Assembly: GCA_964016885.1 (NCBI GenBank)
Contig: OZ024740.1
Coordinates: 207,266,001 to 207,330,000 of the forward strand
Direction of reading: 5' to 3'
Length of the DNA stretch: 64,000 bases
Origin: Eledone cirrhosa
Taxonomy: Eukaryota
The notes below the pieces were generated by a model. That model was not told the DNA's origin and did not search any database. It saw nothing but the letters and a program-made list of their open reading frames with translations. Shown piece after piece: positions 36,751-49,999 of this stretch. A program made the position numbers and the translations under genes. Every line of letters begins with the position of its first letter. The stretch's first letter is position 1.

Positions 36751-37184
36751 TATATTATTATTACTAGTGCCAAAAAGTAGAAACAATTATTACTAGATGT
36801 ATAGTGTGCATATTGATATTATATGCAAATAAATATACATGTAGATATGATACATCAAATAAAATTGTAATTGACAATATACACAGAAATTGAAGAGAGA
36901 CTGTGTTACAATGTCTTCTGTAATCCATAAAGTAATCCATGATACGTTTAAAAAAGACGATACTATATATATAAACTGAATTATGGTGTATTGACATTTG
37001 AAAATTTTAAAAGAAGTGAATCTTAAAATAAACAATCATTATATATTTAATCAACAGCTACGAAATTTAGTAGATAAATTATGTAATATTCGTTCATTAT
37101 TTATTCAAAGTAATCCAACTTATTTTACCTACAGGATAAAAAAATATATTCAGGACACAGTCCCGCACACCTCCCTTTATTATA

Positions 37185-37302
37185 TTCTGAGTTCAAATCC
37201 CGCCGAGGTTAACTTTGCCTTTCATCCTTATGGGGTCGATAAAATAGTACCAGTAATACACTCGGTATTTGCTGGCCTTGTGCCAAAAGTAGAAACAATT
37301 AT
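37185..37302 (+). mobile_element. Main SINE, 5'-truncated
   Basis: Match to 16687-16877. Confidence 0.88.
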
Positions 37303-38897
37303 ATTATGATTCAATATAAAACTTACAAATAAATTTATGTATCCGGTTTGTTAATGCGAAAAACCAAATTCGAATTTTGCAGTATTTTATTGGTAAATGT
37401 TACTGGATGATTAGCTTGAGATAATATCCTTGCTACTAAAAGGATAAATCAACTGTCAGTGTAGAGTATTTTCTGTGAAGAATGGTTGATTATTATTGAG
37501 GCCTCTGTTGTTAACGATTTCAGCAGAGAAAATGTATCGTATTGTGCATTTCTCCATTCAAACCTTTATCTTTGTGTAGTCGTTAAAGGTTCAATGCCCC
37601 CAACAACCAAATCTATGGTAAATCATCTATAGCAATTCACAAGACCAATAAAAAAAATTCCCTCTCTATTCCATTCTCAAGCTTTTACAATAAACTTACT
37701 CTTTCCACCAATGATCTTAATGGTGCTATACCATTTGATGAGCAATTATCCCACTCCAATGCAATACTGATGATAAAAGGTCTTTCATTGTTTATAGTGA
37801 ACTGGGCAGCACTCAGTTTATAAAGATTGTTCTGTTCCATTCTGAGAGATCCTCCACCAACTTTATTGAAGTCCTTGAAGCAAGCTTGTTTCATTGACCA
37901 TCTTGAATTCAGATTTTCATTGTGTTAACTTCTCTGCCTCCTCAACAGTCAGGTTTAGAATTTCTACATACTTCAACCATGGATTCCAATAATATCTTCT
38001 GCTTGGTTTGTCAAACAATAATTTCTTTGTGTATGTTGTATTTTCTACTTGACATACATGTCTGATATACTTCAGGGAGTTGTGCATTGCCGGATTTACC
38101 ATTGTGCTAAGGTGTGCTTAATTAAACGCAGGGCCCGTTGGCCAGAGGAAGCCCATCTTCCTGCAAAAAAAATGTTTTATGAGTAAGGGGCCTCATAACT
38201 TAACTAGCACGGGGCCTCATGTGTCCTTAACCCAGCATTGGGGTTGTGCATAGATGAAGTTTCATAAGGGAGGAGTCTTGACAATATTTTGTATTTCTAT
38301 GTTAGTAATTACAAAACTGTATTCTCCTTCATCACAGCACTTTCCTATTATCAAGGGAATCCATGGGTAGGGGCTAAGAAAGCAATCTGAGAAGAGTTGT
38401 TGCTGGCTGGTAGATTTAATCTCTAAGCCCCTACCCACTTTCCCATTAACATAGATTTATTTTAAACTTCACAATTCGAACAACTCCAATACCCAAACCA
38501 TTCTCCAAACAATGTTGAACTATGCTGCTAGTTTAAAAGACCCACCTGCAAACAGATCACAAGATATATACTGTTAAATGTGTCGATAACACATATTTGT
38601 TTGACCATTTCAGAGAATGGAATTTGCAAATATAAATTTTTAAAGGGAATTGGAGAACTTTGCTCCTTTGATTCCGGAGTCAATAGTTGGTAAAGTGTGA
38701 GTATATGTGTCGATATTTGTATTCAGGCAAACTTTGCAATCTGAATTCATTCATACAACAATGGGAAGCAATACATTCACCTCCACTTCCTCTTGTTATT
38801 GATGTATCGATCTCTCTTAAGCATATATTTGTTCTAATTCCGGTCTATTTTTTTTTCTATCATCGATTATTCATTCTTCTATTGATATTTGAAACTT

Positions 38898-39072
38898 AGT
38901 ATCGGTAGAGGGTCGGACGCCATGCTTTGCAGCACAGTTACGTCCCTTTACGGACTGAGTTCAAATCCCGTCGAGGCTAACTTTGCCTTTCATCCTTACG
39001 GGGTCGATAAAATAAAGTACCAGTAATACACTGGGATAATTGCTGGCCTTGTGCCAAAAGTAGAAACAATTA
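38898..39072 (+). mobile_element. Main SINE
   Basis: Match to 16687-16877. Confidence 0.88.
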
Positions 39073-39370
39073 TATTTCTACCACCCAAGAGTTATCTCCC
39101 TTGACGGAAGCGGCGGGGAAAGGTTTGTTAAATTTTTCAACTAACTTGAATAAGTAGAGATGTATTCTGGCAAAGTGCTTTTATATGATCTGTAGTTTGT
39201 ATTACTTCATCTATAGACATTCCTCTACACATTTGTATCGAGGACTATATATGTCTTATGATAATGTTTACCTAACCTGATTATATATATATATATATGA
39301 TTATGTAATAAACAACATAATATAATTATTCCATTGCCCAAGTTTAGAGATTAAATCTACCCAAAATCGT

Positions 39371-39600
39371 TGAGGGTTTTATCGCTGCTCTTTTTAGCAT
39401 CTCAAGTGACCACATTGACGGTTATATCGCTGCTATTTCTGACACATCAAGTGATCACATTGAGGATTATATGGCTGCTATTTCTGACACATCAAGTGAC
39501 CACATTGAGGGTTATATCGCTGCTATTTCTGACACAATAAGTGACCACATTGAGGGTTATATCGCTGCTATTTCTGGCATGTCCAGCTACCACATTGACG
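39371..39600. repeat. 45-bp tandem repeat, about 5 copies
   Basis: atcgctgctatttctgacacatcaagtgaccacattgagggttat. Confidence 0.92.
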
Positions 39601-39652
39601 CTCCTGTGTTGGTTTATAACAGAAGACATGTCAAAATTGTTCAAGTACAGCG

Positions 39653-39920
39653 TGACGTCATGTAACCTTCACATTAATGACGTCAAATAATCCGCGGCTT
39701 AACTAATCGATTTATTAGCTTCTGTTACCAATGTATAAAATATGAAACTTGATGAAATTGATCTGATTATTGCATTAGAAAGTCCGAGAATTAATTGACT
39801 AATTAACTAATTAATTAATTAAGAAATCACAGAAGATAGAGTGAAAGTGGCAGTGACGGCGGTGGAGTGAAGTGAGAGTGGGGTGAGAAGTGCCAAGTTT
39901 AAAGCAAAAAGAAAATGGCG
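39653..39920 (+). promoter_or_regulatory. Candidate promoter: two cAMP-response-element palindromes and a YY1-like motif
   Basis: TGACGTCA at 39653-39660 and 39678-39685. AAAATGGCG at 39912-39920. Confidence 0.3.
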
Positions 39921-40069
39921 ACTTATAATGTTTGTATGTCTTCTTTGATCACACGAACATAAGTCGTTGATAAACTTTGCCTATAATTTACCATCAAACT
40001 AAGATTTTGATCAGAATAAAAGTCAACTGAGTCTGCATATCAATTTCATCTTCCACCACCAATTAAATT

Positions 40070-40260
40070 ATCCTCCACTTCTGGGTCCCAGCCGACAAGA
40101 TGGAGAATGACCCCCGGACCACATTCCTACTCACTGATATCGGAGTGGAGTTAACCGCGCGAGGTGGAGTGGCTGTTTCATGGTTTCTTCCTCGCGGTCC
40201 TCCGGGGCAATGTATTCTCCATTCTGTCGGCTGGGACACAGAGGCGGAGGGCAAGTATAG
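40070..40260 (-). mobile_element. Second CRE-like C-terminal remnant
   Basis: VVRGSFSILSAG resembles ILRGNTFSILSAG at 23475-23660. Confidence 0.4.
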
Positions 40261-40770
40261 ATACAATAAAAGTTAGATTTCAGTTACTAGACAGTAGCTC
40301 TTTCAAAAGTGGTTTCAACCGATAATATTGAACCCCGGTACTTTGGTAATTGTTTCATCGTTTTCGTAAGATACGAAATAAAAAGTAGATATCGGAGTAA
40401 AAGGAGATTCAACGTGACGTTGGTACCACAGAATATGTTTGAATGTATAATTATATATCTCCATTTAAAGAACAAGGAAAACAACAGTTTAAGGCAAAAT
40501 AGTAGCGAAGGTGTATTTGTTTAAAAACAAAAAAAGTAATGATTCTTCCAGTAGGATCATGTACTTGGTTGCGATGTCAACTCCTTATCCACATAGCCAT
40601 TCCTGTCAGAGCTACAGATTTATAGCGGGAAGGAAATTAGATTTCTATGATGTTCATGCATTTTGTTAAGAACCCTAAGATTTAATGAATAGAGTCTTGT
40701 AGTGGCTCGATCTACTAAAGATAGCAGTCAAATTTCCCCCAAATCCTACCTCATTATCGTATGGTAATAT

Positions 40771-40905
40771 AATTGTTTCTACTTTTGGTACAAAGCCAGC
40801 AATTACCTACTACATTACTGGTACTTTATTTTATCGACCCCGTAAGGATGAAAGGCAAAATTAACCTCAGCGGGATTTGAACTCAGATCATAAAGGGATG
40901 TAATT
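40771..40905 (-). mobile_element. Main SINE
   Basis: Reverse-complement match. Confidence 0.85.
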
Positions 40906-41107
40906 CTAATATAATGGTTAGACGATAGCTCAACTACTGAAATATTAATGTATACACTGGGAGTTAAATGTGACTAGAGAGAGGGGAGAGAATGTCAAAT
41001 TCATTTTTACTTTGTTACCAACTGCATCAAAATATGCTTCCACATATATATAATACACGTATACAGAGATCGTGGAAACCACGGTGACATTGGTAAAAGG
41101 ACATATG

Positions 41108-41152
<45 letters not shown>

Positions 41153-41157
<5 letters not shown>

Positions 41158-41936
41158 CGTCACTATGGTCTCTCCGGCCCGTCTATCGGTCGCTGTATTT
41201 GATTTGCAAAGCTGTCTAAACGTAATGTTATAAATTTGGGGTAATATTCTCCATTGAGTGTTTAGCTGCACACCGAAACTGCATTCGTTAGTTTGGCTGC
41301 TACCAAAAGCTTCGTTGATGCTGTACTAAAATTTGTATTATTAACTCCTAGAATTAACGATTAATTGATTAATTTAATTAGACAATTCTATTGATTGATT
41401 GATTGTTTATGTTTGTTTGATAACTTCTAGTTGAGTGCTTAATTTGGTTTGTGTAAGGGAATTTTATTCCTTTGTTCCAAATTTCGAATTGACCGCCAAA
41501 ACGGGGCTTACCTCCCTTTGGGAGCAACATGTGCCTCTGCAGTGTTTACTGCTAGAACGCACACCCGTGAGGAACAGAACGAAAAACTTGTTGACGAAGT
41601 AAATTCCTTTGTTCTGTCGTCAAAAGCCATTAACTTACAGACCCCTGCAAGTGGATTTTGTCGATTTCGGATTTACAGAAACCTAGCGGAGATGTTGTAT
41701 GTGATGTATATTGTATGGTATATATTATGCGTTGCATGTAATGTCTACGCGATGGTCCAGGTCAGTCAAACATTTTTCCCGAGTTCAGTTATTTTCGTCG
41801 CTATGGTCTCTTCGGCCCGTCTATCGGTCGTTGTATTTGATTTGCAAAGCTGTCTAAACGTAATGTTATAACTCTGGGGTAATATTCTCCATTGGCTGCT
41901 ACCAAAAGTTTCGTTGATGCTGTACTAAAATTTGTG
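41153..41936 (-). mobile_element. (TA)n-flanked non-coding element with terminal direct repeats (retrozyme/pLTR-like)
   Basis: Direct repeats at 41153-41337 and 41790-41935 (the second has a ~45-bp deletion). On the minus strand each ends in CCG(A/G)AGA gaccatag(c/t)gac GAAA ata. Confidence 0.7.
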
Positions 41937-42291
41937 TATATATATATATATATATAAGAAATAAAATTTCGCTTCAACCATAGCTTTATACAATATGTAT
42001 AGAAATTTCGTATTTCTAAAGAAATACGGTTTTAGGAAGCCGTAGCTATGCAAACACCGGGAGGGGGGGGGGGGCTAATGCCATCTGGTGGTGTCCAGCA
42101 GAAGCAAAAGGGTCAACCGTCTATGCATTTCAGGCTTGACTGGCCATCGTCAGCACGATCCCTCTCACCACTTGCGACTGCTGGACTTGAAAACAGCCGA
42201 GAATATATAGTTTTCTCGTCTGTGAAAATGAGGTGATTAATCTCATTTGCATATGAAGCTGCATAAGTTGGCTCAACTTATAATAGAAAAG

Positions 42292-42348
<57 letters not shown>

Positions 42349-42732
42349 AAAAATTTCTTTGAATCTAATTTAACATTCATTCCATTCTTGAAATAATTAA
42401 AAAGACGGATTGAATTGTTTAGCAGAATGTTGTGTGCCACAATTACTTCTGAAACAAAAACGACATCAAACAAAGTATTAGACACACAGACATTCTAAAA
42501 TGATACTATTTCAAAGCTATGATCTCATTGTCTAGCCTTTTGTTTATTTATGTATCCAGTTAATTGCTGTTGGAGAGGTCAGTGTACAACAGTACACCAG
42601 CAAAGCTGATGACATATTTTAGTTAGCACGTGATGAAATTTCCTCACATATGTCCCAAGTTTAAAGGTTTTCTTGGAGTTTTAACAAATCTAAGAGAAGA
42701 AATATCCGGCTAATGTCATATCTTATTTTATA

Positions 42733-42960
42733 CGAGGGTCGGCTGAACATTTCATAGGCTGACCAAGATACTCTCATGGAATGACCAAACGAACGTTTAT
42801 ATTCTCATGGAATGACCAAATGAAGAGTTTATTTTTCAACATAATCCCTGAAAAGAAACAATGCAGTTATTTATAAGAGATGAAATTAATGCATGCAAGA
42901 TTTCACAGCTCTAGCATCAGTCCTTCGTAGTCAGCCTATAACATTTTCAGTCTGCCCTCG
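42733..42960. mobile_element. Mariner-type MITE
   Basis: TA|cgagggtcggctgaacatttcataggctgac ... gtcagcctataacattttcagtctgccctcg|TA. Other copies at 18165-18325 and 51272-51434. Confidence 0.85.
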
Positions 42961-43151
42961 TAGTTTGTATATTTATGTATGGGCCTGTAACTCCTAGAGC
43001 AGTTATATGGGTTCCGTTGTGGCAAAAGGGGTGCTTTGGGTACTTTAGAACCGGCGGAGCTCATCCCCTCTTCATGTCGGAACACACTCGATTTCTTCCT
43101 GAAGAGAGAGAGAGAGGGAGGGGGGGACATGGAATAAAGATATATAGATGG

Positions 43152-43275
43152 AGAGTCGACGTCAGTACTGGACTGGTACTTAATCAATCTTAAAAGGATG
43201 AGAGGTAAAGTTGACCTCAGCGAGATTTGAGCGCAGAGAGCTGTAACGAATACTGCAAATCGCCGTATCATATCC
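43152..43275 (-). mobile_element. Main SINE, decayed
   Basis: ctggtactt...aaggatgagaggtaaagttgacctcagcgagatttgag. Confidence 0.7.
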
Positions 43276-43466
43276 TTGTTTATGACCACCAAAACAGGTT
43301 GTCATTAGTCAATCGTCGTCTGCGGACAGAATAGGTGAAAGGTTGAAATTTGCTAAGACTTTGATGTGTGTGTAATCTGGTCCACTTGTTGACTTGGTTC
43401 ACACTCACACACACATCACTGTGTGACTCGGTCAACACACCCACATTATATCGCTGTGTGACTCGG

Positions 43467-43468
<2 letters not shown>

Positions 43469-43523
<55 letters not shown>

Positions 43524-43619
43524 CACAACACAACACAACACAACACAACACAACACAACACAACACAACACAACACAACACAACACAACACACAACACCA
43601 CACAACACAACACACACAC
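43469..43619. repeat. (CA)n and (CAACA)n microsatellites
   Basis: Direct reading. Confidence 0.95.
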
Positions 43620-44044
43620 TATATCGTTGTGGGTTTAAAAAGTTCATTGCTTTTGCAGCCTTGTGTCAACTAAAACTTCGAGAGCGAAAATTTGTAGACC
43701 GAATTGTAAAGCTTGGCATACACACACACGCCAAATATATGTTTGTGTTGTACAAATCATACAGTACCGGGGTAATGGAGTTGACTAAAAATCCACGAAG
43801 ACAGTGTCCTAGCATGCCTTCGGTCCTGTAACTAAAACCAATAAAATAATATGTAGATGCTTGCATGACTGTGTGGTCAAGAAGTTTGCCTTGCAACCAA
43901 ATAGTTCAGTGTTCAATTCCATTGTATGGCACGTTGGTAGACATAAATTGTTCAGAAGCCCATCGCAGGTAATCGATACCGATTTCCTGCCGAATAATCG
44001 GTGCAATTCTAGTTACAATCGATTAGACCAACTGACTAACACAT

Positions 44045-44387
44045 GATTGATATTTTATTTTCTCGACCCATCATGGATGAAAGGCAAAGCTAACAGCGGC
44101 GGGATTTGAACACAGAACGCAAAGCGCCACAAGCAATGTTGCAAAGCGTATTGTCCGACGTTCTACTGATTCTGCCAATCCACCGCCCTTAATAATAGTT
44201 TCTGATTTAGTCACAAGGCCAGAGTTTTTCAGGGAGGAGAAAGCGGATTAAATCGACCCCAGTGCGTGACTGGTACTTTATTATACCGACGCCCTAAGTG
44301 GGATTCGAACTTGGAACGCAAAGGATCGTAACTCTATGCCACGAAACAGGGTGTCCGACACTCTACTGATACTGCCAATCTATCGCC

Positions 44388-44390
<3 letters not shown>
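44045..44390 (-). mobile_element. Two tandem main-family SINEs
   Basis: Both end in ctgccaat(c/ct)...cgcc, followed by (AAT)n. Confidence 0.8.
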
Positions 44391-44432
<42 letters not shown>

Positions 44433-45384
44433 TGACAATGATGAGTCCCCTCCCCTCTCACACACACGCGTTCAATTTTCAATTTACTTTCATTAATTTA
44501 AAGTTGCCTCCATTACCGTTCTTAATTAACTAACATCTTTTGGTTCACTGCATTAAATGTTAGTACTGACTTCACTATTTGGTTTTCATTACAGAACGTG
44601 TCCCTGCGTATTTTCCTTAAAAAGTTCGCTATATTTATATATTCATACACTTGCAAAAAGAAAAATCAGTGACGATGTTTTATATATGAATAATTTTAGA
44701 AGGATGTCATAAATTTGGTTAAAATTTTGGTTAGTAAATGCATTAAGACGCTTTTTTTTTTAAAATGTGAGGAATTTCGTCGTTGTTTCCTTCAAGAGCA
44801 GACGCGAGTAATGGATGACATTAAAACATCGAGCCTAGCGCGCAGGCGGTAGAAAGAAAGCTTTCAGCTCCATACAAATATGCCACTTATAAAGCAGACA
44901 AATAAAAGAAATCTAGATGACCGCCTGTACCAAATACCAAAGAGAATGAACAAAAGCTAAATTTGTAACGTACGACAATAACAACAACAACATCAATAGA
45001 CTACATAACAGACGACAATCACTGAAAGCAGACGACCAGCAATAAATAAATTACTCGGTAAAAACACGTCACCAAAATAGTAACCAATTTCTTATGGAAT
45101 GTCTTTGTTCTTCCAAACAATATTTTTCTGTATGGAAAGGGCGATGGTTTGAAAGAAATGACCGAGCGACAGACTAAACTCCTTTTTAATGGTTAGCTGG
45201 TAATCTATACTTTCCAAGTTAGGATCGAATTTACTTATTTTTTTCTTTCTAAATTCCATCTGGCATCAGTGAAATATACCCAAATAGGCAGAGGCGGTTA
45301 AGAAGTTCTCTTCATTCGTAATAATGTGCTTCCGGGTTCAATGCTGACAAGCATTGAATGATAGGGATGGTTTACATATCAGAA

Positions 45385-45555
45385 TACATTCAGTCGCATG
45401 AAATCATTAGGAATGTCCTGAGGATTTCATACGAATGAAACAGTTCTAGTCCTGTAGAATTCATTACTATACAAAATTAAAAAAAGCCTATACTCTACCA
45501 ATGTACTGAGTGCTTTTTTAAACTGTGGTTACCCCCGACACAACTCGGGAATATT
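45385..45555 (+). mobile_element. Family A element
   Basis: cCTGAGGAtttcatacgaatGAAAcagttctagtcctgtagaa, with motif at 45491-45514. Confidence 0.75.
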
Positions 45556-45821
45556 ATACAGACATACACACATATATGATGGACTTTCCTGTCATGGGAG
45601 AGGGCCTTTGCTCTCTCACCAGGGGGTTTCTCTTTATTTCTCAAATAGATAGAACTGGCAGAGCTGTAGAGTTACCCAGACAAATTAAAAGTTTATAGTG
45701 GCGAAGGCTTGTGTTGGACCAGCCACACTTTTTGGAAATGCTTATAAAGGATTAGTGCAAAGGTTTGCCACGAACCCAGTGAACAGCACACACACACACA
45801 CATACGTGTGTGTGTGTGTGT

Positions 45822-45969
45822 ACCCCGGGTTCAATCGAGGGTAACCACAGTAAGTAAGGTACTCAATACATAGCAGAGTATAAATATTTATTATAGAAAT
45901 GGCTTCTACAGGACTAGAACTGATGATTTCCTTCGAATGAAACAGTTCTAGTCCCCTAGAAGCCATTTA

Positions 45970-45970
<1 letters not shown>
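45822..45970 (-). mobile_element. Family A element
   Basis: Fold-back ggcttctacaggactagaaCTGATGAtttccttcgaatGAAAcagttctagtcc..tagaagcc, with motif at 45858-45880. Confidence 0.8.
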
Positions 45971-46022
<52 letters not shown>

Positions 46023-46170
46023 GTTGTAGCTTGCTTGAAGAATTGTTGAATAGGAAATAGAAATTTAAATAAGTTTAAAACCTTACAATGCATTGAAAAT
46101 TAAAGGTGCCAAGATAGCGACAGAATTTTACCTTAGCAAATTTAATTACCCCAAATATTTTCATGATAAT

Positions 46171-46223
<53 letters not shown>

Positions 46224-46226
<3 letters not shown>

Positions 46227-46298
46227 GGTGTCCCAAACATGTATACACACTTTTATTAGAATGCTGTTGAAGTGTGTATACATATTTTGGGGGCGGTG
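46224..46298. mobile_element. ~78-bp Tc1/mariner MITE (one end decayed)
   Basis: TA|cagggtgtcccaaacatgtataca... Reverse homolog of 61372-61449. Confidence 0.7.
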
Positions 46299-46407
46299 TT
46301 TGGATTCTGTCCATTTTTTCCCATCTCTGAGAATTCCCCAATTTTCTCTACTATTACCTAGAGCGATCGACTGTTATTACAGTTTTTTTCTGCATTTTGG
46401 GCATTAC

Positions 46408-46448
<41 letters not shown>

Positions 46449-47864
46449 AATAACATGCACACGAAAAAATAAAAAATAAAATAGATGGCAAAAAGTAATT
46501 CTGGAGAGAGAAAGATTGGTGTGCATGTGAGAAAGAAGGTTGGTAGTTAGATTGTTAGTCGCCATTTTGAAATAATGTCTGACATTAGAAGACGAGACAA
46601 CAAACCATCAGCATTATTACTAAATACAACAGACTGATTTACAACTTGGCAATTTGTAGCTTGGCCCGGCTAGATCTAGCACTTCAAACAGTATAAACTC
46701 AGTTGAGTTAAGCTCTTATGACCATTAACTATCACCTCTCTCATACACACACATATATATAACACCACATCCTTTAATACTTACACACACATATAATAAC
46801 ACACCCTCGCTCTCTCTCATTCTTTCACACATATATATATATATATAATACATCCTTGCTCTCTCTCTTATTCTCTCACACACAAATATACAACACACAT
46901 ACACCCCCCCCCCCTCTCTCTCTCTCTCGTTCACTTTCATTTGAACAAAACTTTCGGCTGTTATTTTACCAACACAATTCAATGTTTTACAACTCAATTA
47001 ACTGAAATCATGCCTATTATTACGGAAGAACTGAGGAGAAACAAATGGATTTATTATCAACCTTAAAAGGTCACATGTTAGATCTGCTTTGTTTTATTGT
47101 GTGTGTAATTTGAAAGGAAAGGTCACATGCTAAAATTACTTTTATATGGTAAAGAAACTAACTACTAGATATATTATGTCGCAGTAAGAAACGCCAGGTC
47201 AACAGCTTTTCTGCATAGGCCGCTTGTTTTTTTACAGCTATTTCGAGCGACAGTATATAAAATCAGGCGGCTTTAGGTCGAGATTATATGTATATAGATA
47301 ATGAAAACACACATGCTAGCTTAAGGTTGTAACATAACATATGCCCCTGAGTGCGCACTTATACGATATAGTCCACACATGTTTCTCGTGACACGAACTA
47401 GAACTTCTCATATTTCCACAAATGTGATACGAGACACTTGTACTAAGGCTTCCTTGTCCCATGTTGATCACAGTTGTAGAACATTGCGATTTAAGATTTA
47501 GGGGGAGTCTTTCACTGCCAGCTCAGCACTAGTAAAAAGAAACACGTTGGCATAAGTTCACTCACATTTCAATATGAGTTGATGACAGTGAAGTATAATA
47601 GTTATTGTCACAAGACGTGTTTTCTGATTATTTCTAATAAAATCGGTGAAATACGAGACCTTTTTCGAATTAGAAAAAGGTCCACTACACAAGTTTACAT
47701 TGCATGAATTACATACGTATGCACGTATGGTTACGTAACTCCTGTTGGTGTCTTAGGGGCACCGTATTGACATAGGGCATTTCTAAACCTGGCGGGACCC
47801 ACCCCTCTCGAGGTCTGAATACAGTAGATTTCTTTCAAAGAAGGATAGTGAGAATGATATATAG

Positions 47865-48025
47865 AAGAAGATTCGACCCCAACACTTGACTGGTACATTT
47901 TTATCGACCTCAAAAGGATGAAAGGCAAAGTCGACCTCGGCAAGATTTGAATTTAGAGAGCAGAGAGCCGAAACGAATACTACAAATCATTCTATCCAAC
48001 GTTCTAACGACTCTGCCATCACTGC
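47865..48025 (-). mobile_element. Main SINE variant
   Basis: tttatcgacc...ggatgaaaggcaaagtcgacctcggcaagatttgaa. Confidence 0.8.
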
Positions 48026-48097
48026 CTGAATTACATACAATAGTTATCAAATATGTTTAAAAATACTCACACCATAATATACGGGCGGTATATATAA

Positions 48098-48286
48098 GGG
48101 CGGTGGATTGGCAGTATCGATAGGGGGTCGGACGCCATGCTTTGCCGCATAGAGTTACAGCCCTTGCCATTCTGAGTTCAAATCCTGCCGAGGTTAACTT
48201 TGCCTTTCATCCTTACGGGGTCGATAAAATAAAGTACCAGTAATGCACTGGGTGATTTGCTGGCCTTGTGCCAAAATTAAAAACAA
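48098..48286 (+). mobile_element. Main SINE, full length
   Basis: Close match to 16687-16877. Confidence 0.9.
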
Positions 48287-49306
48287 CTATATAATATTTA
48301 AGATTAACATTAATACATTCTAAGATTGACTAATGTAACAATTCCAGTGGATCTGACTTAATATTTTTATTTTTAAGGCGTGTATTATTAAATTTTAAAA
48401 TAAATTATGGCCAGATGATATCATGTTACTCAAAGAACAGATTTATTATTATTAAGAATTATTATTAAGAATATCAGTTTGCAGTAAATGAATTTTCAAT
48501 GAATTCTTTACAGGAAGTATACGGGTGGAATACTTCTCACCAATTGGCCCCTTATTTCTGTCGTCACACCCCATATTATACAGCCTCCACCCCATACACC
48601 TCAGTAACAAGTGTCACAAAACACTCCCTTTATTATAATTTATTAGATTATTGAGTTTGATATTTATTATAGATATAGCTAACACCTTTGGCTAATGTAT
48701 AGTGTTAATCTAGCACGGCATTTTATCCGGCACGTTACTGATTCTACGAATTAATTACCAATAGTAATAGGAAAACGAATGTGAATGTGTGTATGTATGC
48801 ATGTGTGTAAGCGTGTGTGTATGTGCATGTATGTGTGAGCATGTGTGAGAGAATGAGCGATGTCAGGCCAGATTCAGATGGAAAACTAAATGTTGCTGTT
48901 TACTTTGAAAGGAGCAGCAGCTATAGAGATTGAACGGAGGATAGTATGATAAAGAGAGGTGGGGGGGGATGGTATGATAGACAGGTGGTGGGGGAGAGGA
49001 AGATAGTATGATAGACAGTAGGTAGGGGTGTTAGGGAGGGAGAGAGGAATTTCGAAGTGAAACGGTCGGGGGGGGGGGGGGGGTGACAGGTTGGTGTGGG
49101 TGATCGCAGTACAACCCTAGAAGGGAGATGTGGGGAGGTGTTAGAAATGGTAGACTTAGGACTAAGTCTATGATATTCCCTAATGAGACGTCTGACTCAG
49201 GTCAGAAATATCTATGTATCCGAGGCAACGAGAGAGCTCCTTTGGGGTCACTCCACTTGCTAGATATAGCAGCCAAAGCACCCCCCGAATTACACATCCT
49301 GGTGTC

Positions 49307-49999
49307 TTAACCCTTTCATTGGCATATTTCTAAGGAAAGGCACTGCCTATGATATTTAAATTATTTTAAGAGTAATCAAGAATTTGGTGTTATATAACTA
49401 AAATTCTTTAAGTCAGTGGAAAGTGGTGGATTAGCAGAATCGGTAGAGCGTTGGACAATATGCTTTGTAGCTCTTTACGATCTAAGTTCAAATCCCGCCG
49501 GGGATAAAACAAAGTACCAGTAACGCACTGGGGTCGATTTAATCGACTTTCCCCTGAAACAATTATTAAGTCAGTGTTTAGGGCATTGAACTGGCAGATT
49601 CAGTAGAGCACCGGACGAAATAAAATGTCTTACGGCATTTTATTGCGACTCTTTATGTTCTAAGTTCAAATCTCATCGTTCAAATTGTCGTGTGCCTAAA
49701 TCAGAGATCACTGAGACGGTGTTTAGGACGTAACAAAGGTTCTTAAATAAAATTATTATGGAAGATTTTTAGAGAAATATAAACCCCTAATACTTACGTT
49801 ACTGTATTTCTAATGAAATACACGGCCTATGATTTTCAAATTATTATTAAGTTAATTTTCGGAACGTAACTTAAGGTTCTTCCATAAAATTACGAGGGAA
49901 GGTTTTTTTTTTTTAGATAAATATGAACACTTTAAAACAAACGGTTTTGTATTGTAGAAACAAGGACAGTTACTTACTGTTTGGCATCAAAAGGCTTAA
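49307..49999. mobile_element. Possible piggyBac-type MITE (TTAA ends) containing two decayed SINEs (49420-49560, 49580-49705)
   Basis: ttaaccctttcat ... atcaaaaggcttaa. SINE A and B boxes inside. Confidence 0.35.

Noticed and set aside
37560-38102. Short minus-strand ORFs as a host gene or transposase
   Set aside because: No motif I can recognise. Would need a BLASTx search.
38129-38240. hAT-like MITE remnants (also about 18410-18580 and 50107-50357)
   Set aside because: GC-rich ends are suggestive, but TIRs and TSDs cannot be shown.
42600-42645. CTGATGA...GAAA hammerhead candidate
   Set aside because: No convincing stem I or stem II.
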